Source: an uncultured archaeon
GTDB taxonomy: Archaea > Asgardarchaeota > Lokiarchaeia > Sigyniarchaeales > SOKP01
Length of the DNA: 11,648 nucleotides
NCBI GenBank assembly: GCA_964525635.1
Contig: CAZGJX010000119.1
Location: forward strand, 1 to 11,648
Direction of reading: 5' to 3'
Part shown: piece by piece, positions 8,288-11,648 of the stretch
Layout: every line of letters starts with the position of its first letter
How positions within the stretch are numbered: position 1 is the stretch's first letter
Program-made: the position numbers and the translations under genes
Notes under the pieces: model-generated
What the model saw: the letters and a program-made list of their open reading frames with translations, nothing else
Databases searched by the model: none
Told to the model about the DNA's origin: nothing

Positions 8288-9220
8288 ATGTCAGTACCTA
8301 CGAGTTTAAGAGTTGGCCCCTTTGTTGCCACTATTTTACCCAAGAAAAAATATATTACTTTTTATATTTTTTTGATTTGGGCAAGTCTTATTCCTATTAT
8401 ACTTCAATTTTGGTTATATTGGCATTTTTTATGGGATTATGGAGATCCTTCTGCAATACCACAAAAACCATCTAGACCATTTCATTTTTATACGTTTTTA
8501 CCAATTGCTTTGTTTTTATGGTATATTGAACTTGTTTTGATATCCCTAGTTTTTGCTAGAATTATGTTTTCAATAGTTAATGCAATACATAAACCAAAAG
8601 AAGGTGTATTTCTTAGGGATAAAAGCGATAAAGACTATAGATATTGGTGTATCCGCAATATGATTAAAAAATGGCCTTTATGGTTAGCACATAAATTTCC
8701 TTTTCCATTTCTAGATAATGTATGCTTTAAAATGTTTGGTGTAAAAACGACATTTCATAATTCTCTTTTTGAAGGATGGGTAGATACTGAATTTATAAAA
8801 TTTGGAAAAAATGTTGTTATAGGCCAAGGATCACATATTCAATCTAGTATAATTGTCGGACATTTATTGATAATAAAAAAAACAGTAATAGAAGATGATG
8901 TTAGAATAGGAACACATTCTGTAGTGATGCCAGGAACTCATATTGGAAAAAGAGCCGTTTTGGGAACTTTATCTTTAACAACTGTTGGGCAAAAATTGGA
9001 AGAAGGTTGGATCTATCAAGGAAATCCTGCAAAAAAATTTAAAATAAATAGATTTTTTGAGGATGGTTTAGAAAAAAAAATTAAATTTGTTGCTCAAAAT
9101 GAGGAGAATTTAGAAAAACTTTACCGCCAATTTTATAGAGATCACCAAGATGAACATGTTTCTTTTAGAAAAAGGTTAAAAAGAAGAAAGGAACAAAAAG
9201 AAATGAGAAAGAAAGAATAA
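8288..9220 (+). CDS. Membrane-anchored left-handed beta-helix acyltransferase-like protein, subunit 3
   Basis: Two TM segments; IHKPKEGVF; repeats IKFGKNVVIGQGSHI and TVIEDDVRIGTHSVVMPGTHIGKRAVLG; terminal GWIYQGNPAKK. Start moved from GTG 8279 to ATG 8288 because that GTG is part of an AAGGTG SD-like site 6 nt before the ATG. Confidence 0.82.
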   Translation: MSVPTSLRVGPFVATILPKKKYITFYIFLIWASLIPIILQFWLYWHFLWDYGDPSAIPQKPSRPFHFYTFLPIALFLWYIELVLISLVFARIMFSIVNAIHKPKEGVFLRDKSDKDYRYWCIRNMIKKWPLWLAHKFPFPFLDNVCFKMFGVKTTFHNSLFEGWVDTEFIKFGKNVVIGQGSHIQSSIIVGHLLIIKKTVIEDDVRIGTHSVVMPGTHIGKRAVLGTLSLTTVGQKLEEGWIYQGNPAKKFKINRFFEDGLEKKIKFVAQNEENLEKLYRQFYRDHQDEHVSFRKRLKRRKEQKEMRKKE

Positions 9221-9249
9221 GATACTATCATTTCTAAATTTATGTTTTC

Positions 9250-9278
9250 TTTAAAAAAATCTTTTTTTTAAAAAAAAA
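9250..9278. terminator. Putative bidirectional oligo-T terminator between convergent genes
   Basis: T8 (9262-9269) is immediately followed by A9 (9270-9278), with another A7 tract just before it. This gives oligo-T on both strands in the 60-nt gap between convergent stops. Confidence 0.5.
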
Positions 9279-9280
9279 TA

Positions 9281-9811
9281 TTAAATTATACCATATGTCC
9301 CTGTAAGTGGATCCTGAAATAAGGAAATTCTTGGAGGAAAGAAGGTAAATATAATGAATAAAAATCCACATAAAATTAATCCAATGAATGAAATTATTGA
9401 AGTTTTATTTTTAAAATTAGAAAATGTGAGTATTTTATAGCTTATTAATTGCCCAACTACTACCGCTAATATAAAACTGAATATATCTAATGTTAATAGA
9501 TCTTCACCGATTATTTGAGTATAACTATAGAAAAATATAACTATTATCAAATTCATTAGAATGACTGCTACCAATTTTGCAAATAAAATATTATCCGACT
9601 CTTTATTTATGAATTTATATTGAATGACTGTAAATATTATTAAAGGCCAATATGTGAGTTCAAGATGTTCCCAAACACTCTCATTAATCGGTGCAATCAT
9701 ACCTATTGGAATCCAAGATCCTGACCATTCAAATAAAAAATGAAATGCTGATCCTAAAAAAATAATAAAAATTATTCCTATCAGTTCCCATATTAATAAT
9801 TTCTTATTCAA
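9281..9811 (-). CDS. Uncharacterised multi-pass membrane protein, DUF6512-like
   Basis: About five hydrophobic segments and a GSAFHFLFEWSG...PINESVWEHL motif that I recognise from DUF6512 (family name from recall, not searched). TTG start with GGTGA 4 nt upstream. Confidence 0.7.
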   Translation of the reverse strand: MNKKLLIWELIGIIFIIFLGSAFHFLFEWSGSWIPIGMIAPINESVWEHLELTYWPLIIFTVIQYKFINKESDNILFAKLVAVILMNLIIVIFFYSYTQIIGEDLLTLDIFSFILAVVVGQLISYKILTFSNFKNKTSIISFIGLILCGFLFIIFTFFPPRISLFQDPLTGTYGII

Positions 9812-9815
9812 TCAA

Positions 9816-9820
9816 TCACC
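9816..9820 (-). promoter_or_regulatory. Archaeal-type Shine-Dalgarno GGTGA
   Basis: The minus strand reads GGTGA-TTGA-TTG at the start of the 9281-9811 gene. Confidence 0.55.
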
Positions 9821-10010
9821 ATATAAATAATCTAATTAATTATTGATATATAACTACAAAAAAGAAATTATAAACTATTCTATTATATTTTCTTAACAAA
9901 AGATTATAATTTCATGTTATCCAAATTAGAATAAGGTTTATAATTATTGTAATGATTAATTTTGTCTAACTCTTTTTATGTAAAAAATTAAAAAAAAGAA
10001 AGGATTATTT

Positions 10011-10018
10011 TTTATAAG
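10011..10018 (+). promoter_or_regulatory. Putative TATA box for rtcB
   Basis: TTTATAAG ends 30 nt upstream of ATG 10049 and there is no SD site, which fits a short-leader transcript. AT-rich background. Confidence 0.35.
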
Positions 10019-10048
10019 TCTTAAAAAACAATATAGAATTGAAGAATA

Positions 10049-11497
10049 ATGGATGTAAAGAAAATTGATAACAACATTTATGAAGTAGCTCCTACGAAAA
10101 TAGGACAATTTCAGATGAGGGTACCAGTTCATATTTATGCTAATGAATATATTCTAAATAAAATTAGATCAGACCGAACATTAGACCAGATTTGTAATGT
10201 TACAACTCTTAAGGGAATTCAAAAACATGCTATTGCATTATCAGATGCACATCAGGGATATGGTTTTTGTATTGGAGGTGTTGCTGGAACAGATGCAGAA
10301 ACAGGAATGATATCACCTGGAGGTGTTGGTTACGATATAAATTGTGGAGTTAGACTTTTAAGAACGAGTCTAAATGAAAATGATGTGAGAAAAGTATTAC
10401 CTAATTTATTAGAAACGATATATCGAAATATACCAAGTGGATTAGGATCAAAAGGAAAAATTCATTTAAATTATTCAGAATTAGATAATTTAGTTGATAA
10501 TGGACTTAATTGGGCATTAGACAAAGGATATGCTGTTGAAAGTGATTTAAAGCATTGTGAAGAAAATGGATTTTTAGCAGCGGCAGACTCGAGCTTAGTA
10601 TCTGATAAAGCAAAACAAAGAGGGATAAATCAAATTGGATCATTAGGAAGTGGAAATCATTTTCTAGAAATACAGAAAGTAGATAAAATATATAATCATG
10701 AAATAGCAAAGAAACTAGGATTTTCAGATGAGAATCAGATATCAGTAATGGTACATACAGGAAGTCGTGCTTATGGTCATCAGGTATGTACAGATTCGCT
10801 TAGAATGGTTGAAAAAGCTATGAGAAATTATGAAATAGATGTACCAGATCGAGAGTTAGCATGTGTCCCTGCGGATACTAAAGAAGCAAAGAATTATTTA
10901 TCCCAAATGGCGTGTGCTGCTAATTTTGGATTCAATAATCGTCAATTAATTACTCATTGGTTAAGAGAATGTTTTGAACAATTCTTTAAAAAAGATATTG
11001 ACGAGTTAGATTTACATTTGATATATGGAGTATGTCATAATATATTAAAAATTGAAGAACATGAAGTTAATGGAACTAAAATGAAATTAAATGTACATCG
11101 AAAAGGAGCAACAAGAGCATTTCCACCTCAACATCCAGAAATTCCTCAAGATTATAAAGATATTGGGCAACCTGCCTTAATTCCAGGTACAATGGGTTCT
11201 GCTTCTTATTTATGTGTTGGAAAACAAAAAGCCATGGATTTATCCTTTGGATCAACAGCTCACGGTGCCGGAAGAATGATGTCAAGACATAAAGCTGATA
11301 AATTATATTCTGCTAATATAGTTAAAGCTGACCTTGCGAAAAAAGGTATATTAATTAAAGCCGCAGCTTTAAAAGTTATAGCAGAGGAAGCTCCAGGTGC
11401 CTACAAAGATGTGGATCAAGTAGTACAAGTAAGTCATGATTTAGGTATTGTCGAGAAAATAATAAGATTTGTGCCTATTGGTGTTGTTAAAGGTTAA
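10049..11497 (+). CDS. rtcB: RtcB RNA 2',3'-cyclic/3'-phosphate to 5'-OH ligase (tRNA-splicing ligase), archaeal/eukaryotic type
   Basis: DAHQGYGFCIGGV, PGGVGYDINCG (Cys99), GSLGSGNHFLE, HTGSR, CHN, HRKGATRA, PGTMG, STAHGAGR (guanylylated His405), EEAPGAYKDV; ends VVKG; 482 aa, no intein. Confidence 0.97.
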   Translation: MDVKKIDNNIYEVAPTKIGQFQMRVPVHIYANEYILNKIRSDRTLDQICNVTTLKGIQKHAIALSDAHQGYGFCIGGVAGTDAETGMISPGGVGYDINCGVRLLRTSLNENDVRKVLPNLLETIYRNIPSGLGSKGKIHLNYSELDNLVDNGLNWALDKGYAVESDLKHCEENGFLAAADSSLVSDKAKQRGINQIGSLGSGNHFLEIQKVDKIYNHEIAKKLGFSDENQISVMVHTGSRAYGHQVCTDSLRMVEKAMRNYEIDVPDRELACVPADTKEAKNYLSQMACAANFGFNNRQLITHWLRECFEQFFKKDIDELDLHLIYGVCHNILKIEEHEVNGTKMKLNVHRKGATRAFPPQHPEIPQDYKDIGQPALIPGTMGSASYLCVGKQKAMDLSFGSTAHGAGRMMSRHKADKLYSANIVKADLAKKGILIKAAALKVIAEEAPGAYKDVDQVVQVSHDLGIVEKIIRFVPIGVVKG

Positions 11498-11542
11498 AAT
11501 TATAATATTTATTATAAAATAATAATAATTACTTTATTTTCA

Positions 11543-11569
11543 TTTTTTTTATGTAGAAAGCATTTTTTT
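11543..11569 (+). terminator. Putative oligo-T terminator of rtcB
   Basis: T8 (11543-11550) and T7 (11563-11569) tracts shortly after the stop codon. Confidence 0.35.
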
Positions 11570-11648
11570 ATATTTATGATCTAAAAAGAAAGCTATTTAT
11601 AACGTATTATATAATTTAGTATAATTGCATCGAGATTGAATTTCAGAC

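Noticed and set aside
6487-9220. Annotation of the triplet as DapH/DapD, LpxA/LpxD, GlmU or gamma-carbonic anhydrase
   Set aside because: Only the generic hexapeptide repeat is shared. The N-terminal TM pairs and the absence of those enzymes' other domains or the three-His metal site argue against it.
10331-10348. Intein in rtcB at the DIN/C site occupied in some archaea
   Set aside because: YDINCG is continuous and the protein is normal length.
10049-11497. RtcB as part of an RNA-repair or defence operon
   Set aside because: No rtcA, rtcR, archease, Ro/TROVE or toxin gene is visible in the window; it looks like the housekeeping tRNA ligase.
1-11648. CRISPR array, tRNA/rRNA genes, IS elements, selenocysteine read-through
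   Set aside because: I saw no regularly spaced repeats, no GC-rich structured RNA, no transposase or terminal repeats, and no in-frame TGA at a conserved Cys position.

Overview
Very AT-rich, archaeal-looking window: GGTGA/GAGGAG ribosome-binding sites, TATA-like boxes, oligo-T terminators and an archaeal/eukaryotic-type RtcB. An Asgard/Lokiarchaeia-like origin is my inference only. Left to right: an ICMT/Ste14-family membrane methyltransferase; a decayed GNAT acetyltransferase missed by the ORF track; a class II (B12-dependent, monomeric RTPR-type) ribonucleotide reductase with an N-terminal ATP-cone and two inteins (a 498-aa HNH/zinc-finger intein at the radical cysteine and a 358-aa LAGLIDADG intein at KPSG/T); a divergent operon of three paralogous '2 TM helices + left-handed beta-helix' acyltransferase-like genes; a DUF6512-like membrane protein; and RtcB. 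The best candidate for an undescribed system is the three-gene operon. It looks like a split version of the three-repeat membrane module of epsilon-poly-L-lysine synthetase (Pls)-type NRPSs, or a heterotrimeric YvoF-like lipid acyltransferase. Only the first subunit keeps the putative catalytic His, and both gene junctions sit on A-runs where a -1 slip would fuse the genes.
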